DNA from: Octopus sinensis
Lineage: Eukaryota
Length of the DNA stretch: 64,000 bases
Direction: 5' to 3'
Assembly: GCF_006345805.1 (NCBI RefSeq)
Contig: NW_021836309.1
Location: forward strand, 1-64,000
Below, piece by piece: positions 10,627-23,100 of this stretch (positions within the stretch are counted from its first letter, which is position 1; each line of letters opens with the position of its first letter). Made by a program: the position numbers and the translations under genes. The notes below the pieces were generated by a model, which was not told where the DNA came from, did not search any database, and saw only the letters and a program-made list of their open reading frames with translations.

Positions 10627-11045
10627 TTCTGCCTTAACAAACGTAATTAAAAGACTAAGGGAAGTAAATTAAATCTGTTTGTTTTTTGCTTTTTTTTCTT
10701 CTTTTTGATGTAATCAGTAATGGATGCGTTCTTTCCTTCGGGTTTATTATTCTTATTACTTTATGAAGAGGTCACAGGATGTGTGACGAAAGATTTCCAG
10801 ACAAAGGACATGAAATAAAAAGAATTTTGTATGATTCATTTGCTTCTGAAAAGTCCTGTGATCGGATTTGGTTGACGGACACTGAAAGAAGTCCGTCGGA
10901 GGCAGCGTGTGCGTGCGGGCGAGCGCGTACCCGTCCGATGAAATACGTTGTCACGTGGTTAGTGGATGCGAGAGGTGAAGAGAACGAGAGAAATTGATAA
11001 CAACATGGAGAGGAGAAAGGCTGGGTTCAAAAGTTTCTTGAAGTA

Positions 11046-11070
11046 AGAGAGAGAGAGAGAGAGAGAGAGA

Positions 11071-11102
<32 letters not shown>

Positions 11103-11110
11103 GTGTGTGT
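11046..11110. repeat. compound (GA)n(GT)n microsatellite
   Basis: Direct inspection. Confidence 0.97.
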
Positions 11111-11531
11111 ATGAGGGAGCGGGGAGAGAAATATAAAATGCTTAGCAGAGGGAAAATTTAAACATGGTATAATGGTAAGAAACTGTCAAAGAGGCTGAAA
11201 AGCAGAGGGACTCCAGAGAAAAGAAACCCAACACGAGGGTAAGTGTTTCGGCCCTTGACTTATTGGTGGTGGTGCATGTGATGGTGGTGATGGTAACGAA
11301 ATGGCGTGCGAAATGGTGTAAAGAGAAGTACAGGGTCGAATCACTAGGACAAACCCAGGAAGTGTAACGTGGAAGGGAAAATATGAACCAAAGAGTATAG
11401 AGTGAGTATTTACAAAAGATAAGAGAACGTGTTCAAGATGGAATAGAAAAGGAAGATGAGAGACAACATCCCACCCCAAAATAAAACTGTAAACATTTCG
11501 TTGAAAATTATAATATTGGTGACATAAATAT

Positions 11532-11673
11532 TCTTTTCTACTCTAAGCACAAGGCCCTAAATTTTAGGGGAGAGGGCCAGTCGATTAGATCGACCTCAGT
11601 ACGCAGTTAATTTATTGACCCCGAAAGGATGAAAGGCAAAGTCGACCTCGGCGAAATTTGAACTCAGAACGAA
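11532..11673 (-). mobile_element. 5'-truncated tRNA-derived SINE (octopus-type) with probable target-site duplication
   Basis: Minus strand has a B-box-like GAGTTCAAATTTCG followed by GTCGACTTTGCCTTTCATCCTTTCGGGGTC, which I recall as an abundant octopus SINE. Flanked by GGTGACATAAATATTCT (11518-11534) and GGTGACAAATATTCT (11674-11688). Confidence 0.75.
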
Positions 11674-12145
11674 GGTGACAAATATTCTCTGAAAATATTG
11701 GGGAAGCTTTTCGATTTCTAAATGAGCCTCTGAACTGCTGAAAGAACGGGTAAGTTATGATCCCTTTCAAAAGAACTAAAAGTTTATTTTTAATGCAAAA
11801 AATGCAGAATTGATCTTTTCGTAAAAATTTAGGCTCTAGAATTGTTCCTTTTCGTTTGCTTCGTTTGGGGCGAAAATAAGTACCCCTGAAAAATAGGGTC
11901 CTTATTTTTTCAGGGACAAACTTATGATACCATATCTACACTCGACCCTGAAAACCTAAGCCCATAGAATAGTCAATTATATTTAATTAACACTAATGAA
12001 GCATTGCAACAGCAGATGACAGGTCCACAAAATTCTCAATATTTATCTAACATGATGGATATTTATTCAAAATTTAATAATTCTTATGATTAGATATATA
12101 AAAAATGCGTTCGGTGCCAGGGGATCAACTGAAGGAGCTCGTCCG

Positions 12146-12827
12146 TAAGTAACGTCAGAAGATGAAGTATATACGGTGGGACCATCTAATTGAAGAACGC
12201 TAGTATAATAATGGTAAAATGGAATTGCTTTTATATATTCAAGTTGTAAATTGTGAATTAAGATGTATATGAAAATAACGACAATTTCACGAGCTTTAAT
12301 ATGGTGAACAACCTTACAGCGTAACATTCAACATATAAATATAAAATTAAAAATAAACATTATTTTGTGTAATTTCAGAATGATTTGCAAAGATTTCTTT
12401 CTTGGCTTTATTGACTAACATAAAGGTAAGGTAAATTTGACTTCTGTTTGTAGCATGAAAAATTACCACATATTAGAAAAGACCTTATAAGTGATTCTTA
12501 AAGAGTCCTTCAATTTTAAAGTTACCTAATAGTTATGATGGGTAAGAGAGAACGAGCTGAATGGCACCACGTACCTAGTCAGAAACTACATCAGACCTAA
12601 GAGATTTTGGTTGATGCAGTGACCAGCGCTGTCGCCCGACCTAAATACCATCGAAAATCCTTGAGAATGGTTGGGTAGAGCTGTGAAAAGTATTAAGACA
12701 AAGAATAAAGAGAATTTTTTAAAAACATTATTAGCCGAAAGTGGGAAAAAATCTCCGCAACAGTGATAAATGATCTGAACTTTTCTATGTTTCGCAGATG
12801 CAAAGCTGTATTAAGTAATTTTGGGTT
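12146..12827 (+). repeat. inverted segmental duplication of 7827-8509 (Tc1 derivative plus flank)
   Basis: Reverse complement is colinear over about 680 bp, e.g. GAAGATGAAGTATATACGGTGGGACCATCTAATTGAA and GAGAGAACGAGCTGAATGGCACCACGTACCTAGTCAGAAAC. Confidence 0.95.
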
Positions 12828-12833
12828 AAGTAA

Positions 12834-13714
12834 TTTTTCAAATACACAGATACCCACATATATGCATAAATACTCATACTTACATACATACATACATACA
12901 TGCATACACAGATGCATACATACATATATAAAAACATATATACATACATACATACATGCATACAGACCTACATACACACATACATACATACACACATTCA
13001 TACATACACACATACATACATACACGCATACATACATACATACACACATACATACATGTGTGTATGCATGTACGTGTGAATGTACTTATGTATACATGTA
13101 TGTGTATATATATCTATGCGTTTATGCATGTTTTTATGTACATGTATAAGTACGTATGTACCTATGTATGTGTGTATGTACATAAATTCATACATGCATA
13201 CATTCTTACATCCATAAATACATTCATGCATGCATTCATACATACATACATGCATACATGCATACATACATCCATACATACATACATACACACATACATA
13301 CAGACATACATACATACATGCATACACACCCATACATGCATACGTACATACATACATACATACATGCATACATACATACATGCATACCTACAATCCTACA
13401 TACATGGTGGTTGAATACACACATATATACCTGCATGCCTACACACATACATTTATGCATGCATACATATATATATTTATATGCATACATACATGCACAC
13501 ACAATCAAATACATATATGCATACATGCATACGGGCACACATACATTCACACATACATACATGCATACACACACACATACATACATACATACACACATTC
13601 ATACACACATACATACTCACATACGTATATACATACATTCAAACATATACGTTTATACACTCACATATTTATGTTCTTTTCATTTGTTTGAGTCATTGAA
13701 TTGTGTTTTCCAAA
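12834..13714 (+). repeat. chimeric third copy of the duplicated unit (about 4355-4822 joined to about 7008-7270), mostly CATA microsatellite
   Basis: Shares the Tc1/microsatellite junction, the strand-flipped patch (13057-13179), ACATGGTGGTTG (13402-13413), a 26-bp exact match to 7008-7033 and the GTTTATACA junction (13651). Confidence 0.85.
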
Positions 13715-13719
13715 ACTTC

Positions 13720-13731
13720 ATAATAATAATA

Positions 13732-13790
<59 letters not shown>

Positions 13791-13798
13791 TAATAATA
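13720..13798. repeat. (AAT)n microsatellite
   Basis: Direct inspection. Confidence 0.97.
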
Positions 13799-14134
13799 GG
13801 GTGAGCATCATAGCCATGTGTTGAGAGGGACTCTTTGGGGTTTGAATAATTCACTTCTGGAAACATGGGTGTTTTTTTTCAACGTCCTTAAACAACCCTT
13901 ATTCAGGGACCTTTTGAGCAGGATGGGCTACTCAACCAGAAGAAAATTCTAACTGGGCCCCACCTGCAAGGTCATGTGATGTTTATCTTTTTATGGGATC
14001 ACCATGTCGCGCACATATGGTTGTGATGCATGTGCCTGGTGTACCCTTATCAGACGGGTAGTCATGATGGGTATATTGGGCTTCATATATTTTACCCCAG
14101 TGTCACTTTGATAGCATGAACTGCTCTCTCACTC
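13799..14134 (+). mobile_element. about 335-bp retroposon 3' fragment (probable LINE 3' UTR or SINE) embedded in (AAT)n
   Basis: Complex sequence bounded by AAT arrays, ending CTCTCTCACTC-(AAT)n. Short in-frame SIIAMC* at 13804-13824 could be an ORF end. I recall it as a common octopus repeat, unverified. Confidence 0.5.
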
Positions 14135-14146
14135 AATAATAATAAT

Positions 14147-14203
<57 letters not shown>

Positions 14204-14207
14204 TAAT
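14135..14207. repeat. (AAT)n/(ATT)n array shared as 3' tail by two convergent retroelements
   Basis: Directly follows 13799-14134 on plus and the CR1 3' UTR on minus. Confidence 0.9.
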
Positions 14208-14256
14208 TGTTTACAGTGCTCAGGTGCACTACAACTCATCTAAAGTGTATATATAA

Positions 14257-15351
14257 TCAGGTGTAGTTTCGGCGGATTTCGGAAAGCGTGAGGGCCTTAA
14301 AGGATGCAGTGTCATGGCAGTCAACAACTGACGCAGGCAGTTTTTTCCATGCTTCAGCAACTCTGAGCGTGAAAAAATGTTTCCAGAAGTCAGGGGAGCT
14401 GTGTTGTTTTCTGATTTTGCAGGAATGTCCACGTGTGTTAGACACATGGAGATCAAAAAGGTGTTCAGTGTTGTTGTTGGTGAGGTGGTTGATAACTTTG
14501 TGGGTGTTTACCAAGTCCTTTGCCAGACGCCGGAGCTTCAGTGAATCCATGCCCAGGGAAACAAGGCGCTCAGAATATGGTAGGTGTCTGATGGAGGGTA
14601 TGCGTTTGGTTGCACGTCTCTGGACAGATTCCAGGAGGTCAATGTTCTGAGCAAGATAGGGGTTCCAAACTGATGATGCGAATTCCAGGTGTGGTCGTAC
14701 GATAGCTGTATACAGTTTTAAATAGATGGCTGGAGAGCGGCTAACAAAAGTCTTGCTGAGTGATGCCAAGACACCCTCGGCCTTCTTGACAATTTTAGAG
14801 ATATGCTTCGTCCAACGCAAATCACTACTGACAGTGATGCCTAGGTCACGCTCGCAAGAGGATTTCTTGATATCAGTGTTGTGGAGGGAGTATGTGGACG
14901 CAGGGTTTTTTCTCCCAAAATGTATGGTGGTACACTTGTCCACAGCCAGTTTCAGTTGCCAGTCTGTGATCCATTGCTGCATTGTGTCTAGGTCTGATTG
15001 CAAGAATGAGTTGTAGACATCAGGATATGACCTCTTGATTTCAAGGTACAGCTTGATGTCGTCTGCATATTTCAATACTGTGGCATTCTTTAAATTGGCA
15101 TCTATGTCATTAATGTATCCCACAAAAAAGAGGGGACCAAGAACAGATCCCTGTGGTACACCCGATAAAATCTCATATAGTGTAGAAAGCTGTCCTAGAA
15201 CTGTGACTACCTCCTTTCGGCTGAGAATGAATGATTTCAACCAGTTAAAAAGGTCATCCCCCACACCCATTACAGAGAGTTTTACCATAAGCCTTTTGTG
15301 TGGCACAGAGTTGAAAGCCTTAGCAAAGTCAAGGTAGACAACATCCACCCA
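14257..15351 (-). pseudogene. CR1 ORF2 RT C-terminal fragment, about 364 codons with no internal stop and no start codon
   Basis: VYLDFAKAFNSVPH, SGVPQGSVLGPLFF, KYADDIKL, ERDLG, IVRPHLEF, LESVQRRATK, RGHSCKIRK, FFTLRVAEAWKKLP; TGA at 14259-14257. Confidence 0.92.
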
Positions 15352-18300
15352 TGTATGTATGTATGTATGTATGCATGCATGCATGTATGTATGTATGTAT
15401 GTGTGTATGTATGTATGTATGCATGCATGTATGTATGTATGTATGTGTGTATGTATGTATGTACGTATGTATGCATGTATGTATGTATGTATGCATGCAT
15501 GTATGTATGTATGTGTGTATGTATGTATGTGTGTATGTATGTATGTATGAATGTCTGTATGTCTGTATGTATGTGTGTATGTATGTATGTGTGTGTGTAT
15601 GTATGTATGCATGTATGTATGTATGTATGTATGCATGTATGTATGTATGTATGTATGTATCTATGTGTATGTATGTATGTATGTATGTATGTATGTGTGT
15701 GTCTATTATGTATGTGTGCATGTATGTGTGTATGTATGTATGTATGTGTGTGTATGTATGTATGTATGCATGTATGTGTGTATGTATGTATGTAAGTATG
15801 TGTGCCTGTCTGTATGTATGTATGTATGCATGTATGTATGTATGTATGTGTGTATGTATGTATGTATGTACATGTGTATGTATGTATGTATGTATGTGTG
15901 TCTATTATGTATGTGTGTATGTATGTATGTATGTATGTATGCATGTGTGTATGTATGTATGTGTGTATGTATGTATGTATGTATATATGCATGTATGTAT
16001 GTATGTATGAATGTCCGTATGTATGTATGTATGTATGTATGTAGGTATGTATATATGTATGCATGTATGTATGTATGTATATATGTATGTATGCATGTAT
16101 GTATGCATGTATGTATGTATGTATGTATGTATGTATGTATGCATGTATGTATGTATGTATGTATGCATCTATGTATGTATGTATGCATGCATGTATGTAT
16201 GTATGGTTGTATGTATGCATGTATGTATGCATGTATGTATGCATGTACGTATGTATGTATGTATGTATGTATGTATGTGTGTATGTATGTATGTATGTGT
16301 GTGTGTGTCTATTATGTATGTGTGTATGTATCAGTGTATGTATGTATATATGCATGTATGTTTGTATGTATGTATGTATGTATGTACGTGTGTATGTATG
16401 TACGTAAGTATGTGTGTATGTATGTATGGATGTATGTATGTGTGTATGTATGTATGTATGTGTGAATGTATGTAAGTATGTACATGTGTATGTATGTATA
16501 TATGTATGTATGTGTGTGCCTATTATGTATGTGTGTATGTATGTGTGTATGTATGTATATATGCATGTGTGTATGTACGTATGTCTGTATGTATGTATAT
16601 ATGTATGTATGTATGTGTGTATGTATGTATGTATGCATGTAAGTATGTATGTATGTATGTATGTGTGTATGTATGTGTGTATGTATGTATGCATGTATGT
16701 ATATATGTATGCATGTACGTATGTATGTATGCATGTATGTACGTATGTATGTATGTATGTATGTATGTGTGTATGTATGTTATGTATTCATGTATGTATG
16801 TATGTATGTATGCATGTATGTATGTATGTATGTAAGTATATATGTATGTATGTATGTATGTAGGTATAAATGTATGTATGTATGTATGTATGCATGTATA
16901 TATGTATGCATGTATGTATGTATGTATGTATGTATGTATGTATGTATGTATGTATGTTTGTATGTATGCATGTATGTATGTATGTATGTATGTATGTATG
17001 CATGTATGTATGTATGTATGCATGTATGTATGTATGCATGTATGTATGTATGTATATATGTTTGTATGTATGCATGTATGTATGTATGTATGTATGTATG
17101 TATGCATGTATGTATGTATGTATGCATGTATGTACGTATGTATGCATGTATGTATGTATGTATATATGTATGTAGGTATTATGTAGGGATACATGTATGT
17201 ATATGTGTATGTGTGTATGTATCTATGTATGTATGTATGCATGTATGTATGTATGTATGTATGTATGCATGTATGCATGTATGTATGTATGTATGTATGT
17301 GAGTATGTATGCATGTATGTATGTATGTATGTGTATATGTATGTATGTATGTATGCATGTATGTACGTATGTATGCTGCATGCATGTATGTATGTATGTA
17401 TGTATGTGTGTATGTATGTATGTAAGTATGTATGCATGTATGTACGTATGTGTGTATGTATGGATGTATGTATGTATGTGTGTGTCTATTATATATGTGT
17501 GTATGTATGTGTGTATGTATGTATGTTGTTTGAATGTATGTATTTATGTATGTGTGTATGTATGTATGTATGTTTCAATGTATGTATTTATGTATGTGCG
17601 TATGTATGTATGTAAGTATGTGTGTATGTATGTATGTATGTGTGTATGTATGTATGTGTGTATGTATGTATGTATGTACATGTGTATGTATGTATATATG
17701 TATGTATGTATGTATGTGTGTGTATATTATGTATGTGTGTATGTATGTGTGTATGTATGTATATATGCATGTGTGTATGTATGTATGTCTGTATGTATGT
17801 ATATATGTATGTATGTATCTATGTATGTATGTTTGTATGTGTGTATGTATGTATGTATGCATGCATATATGTATGTATGTGTGTATGTGTGTATGTAAGT
17901 ATGTATGTATTTATGCATGTATGTATGCATGTATGCATGTATGTATGTATGTATGTATGTATGCATATATGTGTGTATGTATGTATGTATGCCTGTATGT
18001 ATGTATGTATGCATGTATGTATGTATGTTTGTATGCATGTATATATGTATGTATGTATGTTTGTATGTATGTATATATGTATGTATGTATGTATGTATGT
18101 AGGTATGCATGTATGTATGTATGTATGTATGCATGTACGTATGTATGTATTTATACACGTATGTTTGTATGTATGTATGTGTGTAGGTAGGTATGTATGT
18201 ATCTATGTGTGTATGTATGTATTTTGTATGTTTACATGTATGTATGTATGTACGTATGTATGCATGTATGTATGCATGTATGTATGCATGCATGCATGTA

Positions 18301-21300
18301 TGTATGTATGTATGTGTGTATGTATGTGTGTATGTATGTATGTATGTATGTATGTTTGCATGTATCTATGTATGTATGCATGCATGTATGTATGTATGTA
18401 TGTATGTAGTGTATGTATGTATGTGTGTATGTATGTATGCATGCAAGTATGTATGTATGTATGTGTGTATGAATGTGTGTATGTATGTATGCATGTATGT
18501 ATATATGCATGTATGTATGTATGTATGTATGCATGTATGTGTCTATTATGTATGTGTGCATGTATGTGTGTATGTATGTATGTATGTGTGTGTATGTATG
18601 TACGTAAGTATGTGTTTCTGTCTGTATGTATGTATGTATGCATGTATGTATGTATGTATGTGTGTAAGTATGTATGTATGTACATGTGTATGTATGTATG
18701 TATGTATGTATGTATGTATGTATGTGTCTAATATGAATGTGTGTATGTATGTATGTATGTATGTATGCATATGTGTATGTATGTATGTGTGTATGTATAT
18801 AAGCATGTATGTATGTATGTATGTATGAATGTATGTATGTATGTATGTATGTGTGTATGTATATATGTATGCATGTGTGTATGTATGTATGTATATATGT
18901 ATGTATGTATGTATGCATGCATGTATGTATGTATGTATGTATGTATGCATGTATGTATGTATGTATGCATCTATGTATGTATGTATGTATGTATGCATGT
19001 ATGAATGTATGTATGGTTGTAAGTATGCATGAATGTATGTAAGTATGTATGCATATATGTATGTATGTATGTACGTATGTATGTATGTATGTATGTGTGT
19101 ATGTATGTATGTATGTATATATGTGTATGTGTGTCCATTATGTATGGGTGTATGTATAAATGTATGTATGTATATATGCAAGTATGTTTGTATGTATGTG
19201 TGTATGTACGTGTGTATGTATGTATGTAAGTATGTGTGTATGTATGTATGGATGTATGTATGTGTGTATGTATGTATGTATGTGTGTATGTATGTATGTA
19301 CATGTGTATGTATGTATATATGTATGTGTGTGCCTATTATGTATGTGTGTATGTATGTGTGTATGTATGTATATATGCATGCGTGTATGTACGTATGTCT
19401 GTATGTATGTATATATGTATGTATGTATGTATATATGTGTTTATGTATGTATGTATGTATGCATGTAAGTATGTATGTATGTATGTATGTGTGTATGTAT
19501 GTATGTATGTATGTATGTATGCATGCATGTATATATGGTTGCATGTACGTATGTATGTATGCATGTATGTATGTATGTATGTATGTATGTATGTATGTAT
19601 GTATGTGTATATATGTATGTATGTATGTATGTATTCATGTATGTATGTATGCATGTATGTATGTATGTATGTATATATGTATGTATGTATGTATGTAGGT
19701 ATAAATGTATGTATGTATGTATGCATGTATATATGTATGCATGTATGTATGTATGTATTTATGCATGTATATATGTAGGTATGAATGTATGTAGGTATGC
19801 ATGTATGTATGTATCTATATGTGTATGTATGTATATATGTATGCATGTATGTATGTATGTATGTATGCATGTATGATTGTATGTATGTATGTTTGTATGT
19901 ATGCATGCATGTATGTATGTATGTATGTATTATGTAGGTATGCATGTATGTATATGTGTGTATGTATCTATATATGTACGTATGCATGCATACGTATGTA
20001 TGTATGTATGTATGCATGTATGTATGTATGCATGTATGTACGTATGTATGCATGTATGTATGTATATATGTATGTATGTATTATGTAGGTATGCATGTAT
20101 GTATATGTGTATGTGTGTATGTATCTATGTATGTATGTATGCATGTATGTATGCATGTATGTATGTATGCGTGTATGTATGTATGTATGTAAGTATGTAT
20201 GCATGTATGTATGTATGCATGTATGTGTGTATGTATGTATGTATGTATGCATGTATGTATGTATGTATGTGTGTGTCTATTATATATGTGTGTATATATG
20301 TGTGTATGTATGTATGTATGTATGTTTGAATGTATGTAGTTATGTATGTGTGTATGTATGTATGTAAGTACGTGTGTATGTATGTATGTATGTATGTGTG
20401 TATGTATGTATGTATGTACATGTGTATGTATGTATATATGTGCGTATGTATGTATGTATGTGTGTGTCTATTATGTATGTGTGTATGTATGTGTGTATGT
20501 ATGTATATATGCATGTGTGTATGTACGTATGTCTGTATGTATGTATATATGTATGTATGTATCTATGTATGTATGTATGTATGTATGTATGTGTGTATGT
20601 ATGTATGTATGCATGCATGCATGCATGCATGAATGTATGTGTGTATGTATGTGTGTATGTATGTATGCATGTATGTATGCATGTATACATGTATGTATGT
20701 ATGTATGTATGCATGTATGTGTGTATGCATGTATGTATGCATGTATGTATGTATGTGTGCATGTATGTATGTATGTTTGTATGCATGTATATATGTATGT
20801 ATGTATGTTTGTATGTATGTATATATGTATGTGTGTATGTATGTATGTAGGTATACATGTATGTATGTATGTATGTATGTATGCATGTACGTATGTATGT
20901 ATTTATACATATATGTTTGTATGTATGTATGTGTGTAGGTAGGTATGTATGTATCTATGTGTGTAAGTATGTATGTATGTATGTTTGCATGTATGTATGT
21001 ATGTACGTATGTATGCATGTGTGTATGTATGTATGTATGTATGCATGCATGCATGTATGTATGCATGTATGTATGTATGCTTACATGCATGTATGTATGT
21101 ATGTATCTGTGTATGTATGTGTGTATGTATGTATGTATGTATGTATGTTTGCATGTATCTATGTATGTATGCATGAATGTATGGATGTGTGTATGTATGT
21201 ATGCATGTATGTATATATGCATGCATGCATGTATGTATGTATGCATGTATGTATGTATGTATGTATGTGTGTATGTATGTATGTATGTATGCATGGATGT

Positions 21301-23069
21301 ATGTATGTATATATACATGTATATATGTATGTATGTATATATGTATGCATGTATGTATGTATGTATGTATGTATGTATGTATGTTTGTATGTATGCATGT
21401 ATGTATGTATGCATGAATGTATGCATGTATGTAATGTATGTATGTATGTATGTATGCATGTATGTATGTATGTATGTATGCGTGTATGTATGTATGCATG
21501 CATGTATGTATGTATGTATGTGTTTATGTAAGTATGTATGTATGTATGCATGTATGTATGTATGTATGCATGCAGGTATGTATGTATGTATGTGTGTATG
21601 TATGTATGTATGTATGTATCTATGTATGCGTGTATGTATGTATGTATGTGTGTGTGTCTATTATATATGTGTGTATGTATGTGTGTATGTATGTATGTAT
21701 GTATGTTTGTGTGTATGTATGTGTGTAGGTAGGTATGTATGTATATATGTGTGTATGTATGTATGTTTGTATGTTTACATGTATGTATGTACGTATGTTT
21801 GTATGCATGTATATATGTATGTATGTATGTTTGTATGTATGTATATATGTATGTATGTATGTAGGTATGCATGTATGTATTTATGTATGTATGCATGTAC
21901 GTATGTATGTATTTATACACGTATGTTTGTATGTATGTATGTGTGTAGGTAGGTATGTATGTATCTATGTGTGTATGTATGTATGTTTGTATGTTTACAT
22001 GTATGTATGTACGTATGTATGCATGTATGTATGCATGAATGTATGCATGCATGCATGTATGTATGTATGTATGTATGTGTGTATGTATGTATGTGTGTAT
22101 GTATGTATGTATGTATGTATGTTTGCATGTATCTATGTATGTATGCATGCATGTATGTATGTATATATGTGTGTATGTATGTATGCATGCATGTATGTAT
22201 GTATGTATGTGTGTATGTATGTGTGTATGTATGTATGCATGTATGTATATATGCATGCATGTATGTATGTATGTATGTATGTATGTGTCTATTATGTATG
22301 TGTGCATGTATGTGTGTATGTATGTATGTATGTATGTGTGTGTATGTATGTATGTATGTATGTGTTTCTGTCTGTATGTATGTATGTATGCATGTATGTA
22401 TGTATGTATGTGTGTATGTGTGTATGTATGTACGTGTGTATGTATGTATGAATGTGTGTGTCTAATATGTATGTGTATGTATGTATGTATGTATGCATAT
22501 GTGTATGTATGTATGTGTGTATGTATGTATGCATGTATGTATGTATGAATATATGCATGTATGTATGTATGTATGTATGAATGTATGTATGTATGTATGT
22601 ATGTATGTGTATGTATATATGTATGCATGTGTGTATGTATGTATGTATATATATATATATATGTATGTATGTATGCAAGCATGCATGTATGTATGTATGT
22701 ATGCATGTATGTATGTATGTATGCATCTATGTATGTATGTATGTATGTATGCATGTATGAATGTATGTATGGTTGTAAGTATGCATGAATGTATGTATGT
22801 ATGTATGCATGTATGTATGTGTGTATGTATGTAAGTATGTGTGTATGTATGTATGGATGTATGTATGTGTGTATGTATGTATGTATGTGTGTATGTATGT
22901 ATGTACATGTGTATGTATGTATATATGTATGTGTGTGCCTATTATGTATGTGTGTATGTATGTGTGTATGTATGTATATATGCTTGTGTGTATGTACGTA
23001 TGTCTGTATGTATGTATATATGTAGTTATGTATGTATGTATGTGTGTATGTATGTATGTATGCATGTAA

Positions 23070-23100
<31 letters not shown>

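Larger units (their letters stand above)
14135..15351 (-). mobile_element. 5'-truncated CR1-clade LINE (a second family) with (ATT)n tail
   Basis: Uninterrupted RT frame, short 3' UTR at 14208-14256, ATT tail; the 5' end abuts the giant satellite. Confidence 0.93.

Noticed and set aside
11655-11672. tRNA gene (B-box GAGTTCAAAT on minus)
   Set aside because: No A-box or cloverleaf; it is a truncated SINE head.
11750-11755. GTAAGT splice donor implying a host exon
   Set aside because: No convincing acceptor or coding frame upstream, and a lone 6-mer is expected by chance.
14257-15636. 459-aa His-rich-leader RT fusion protein
   Set aside because: The first 95 or so residues are satellite read-through; the Met is a CATG variant and the LINE is simply 5'-truncated.
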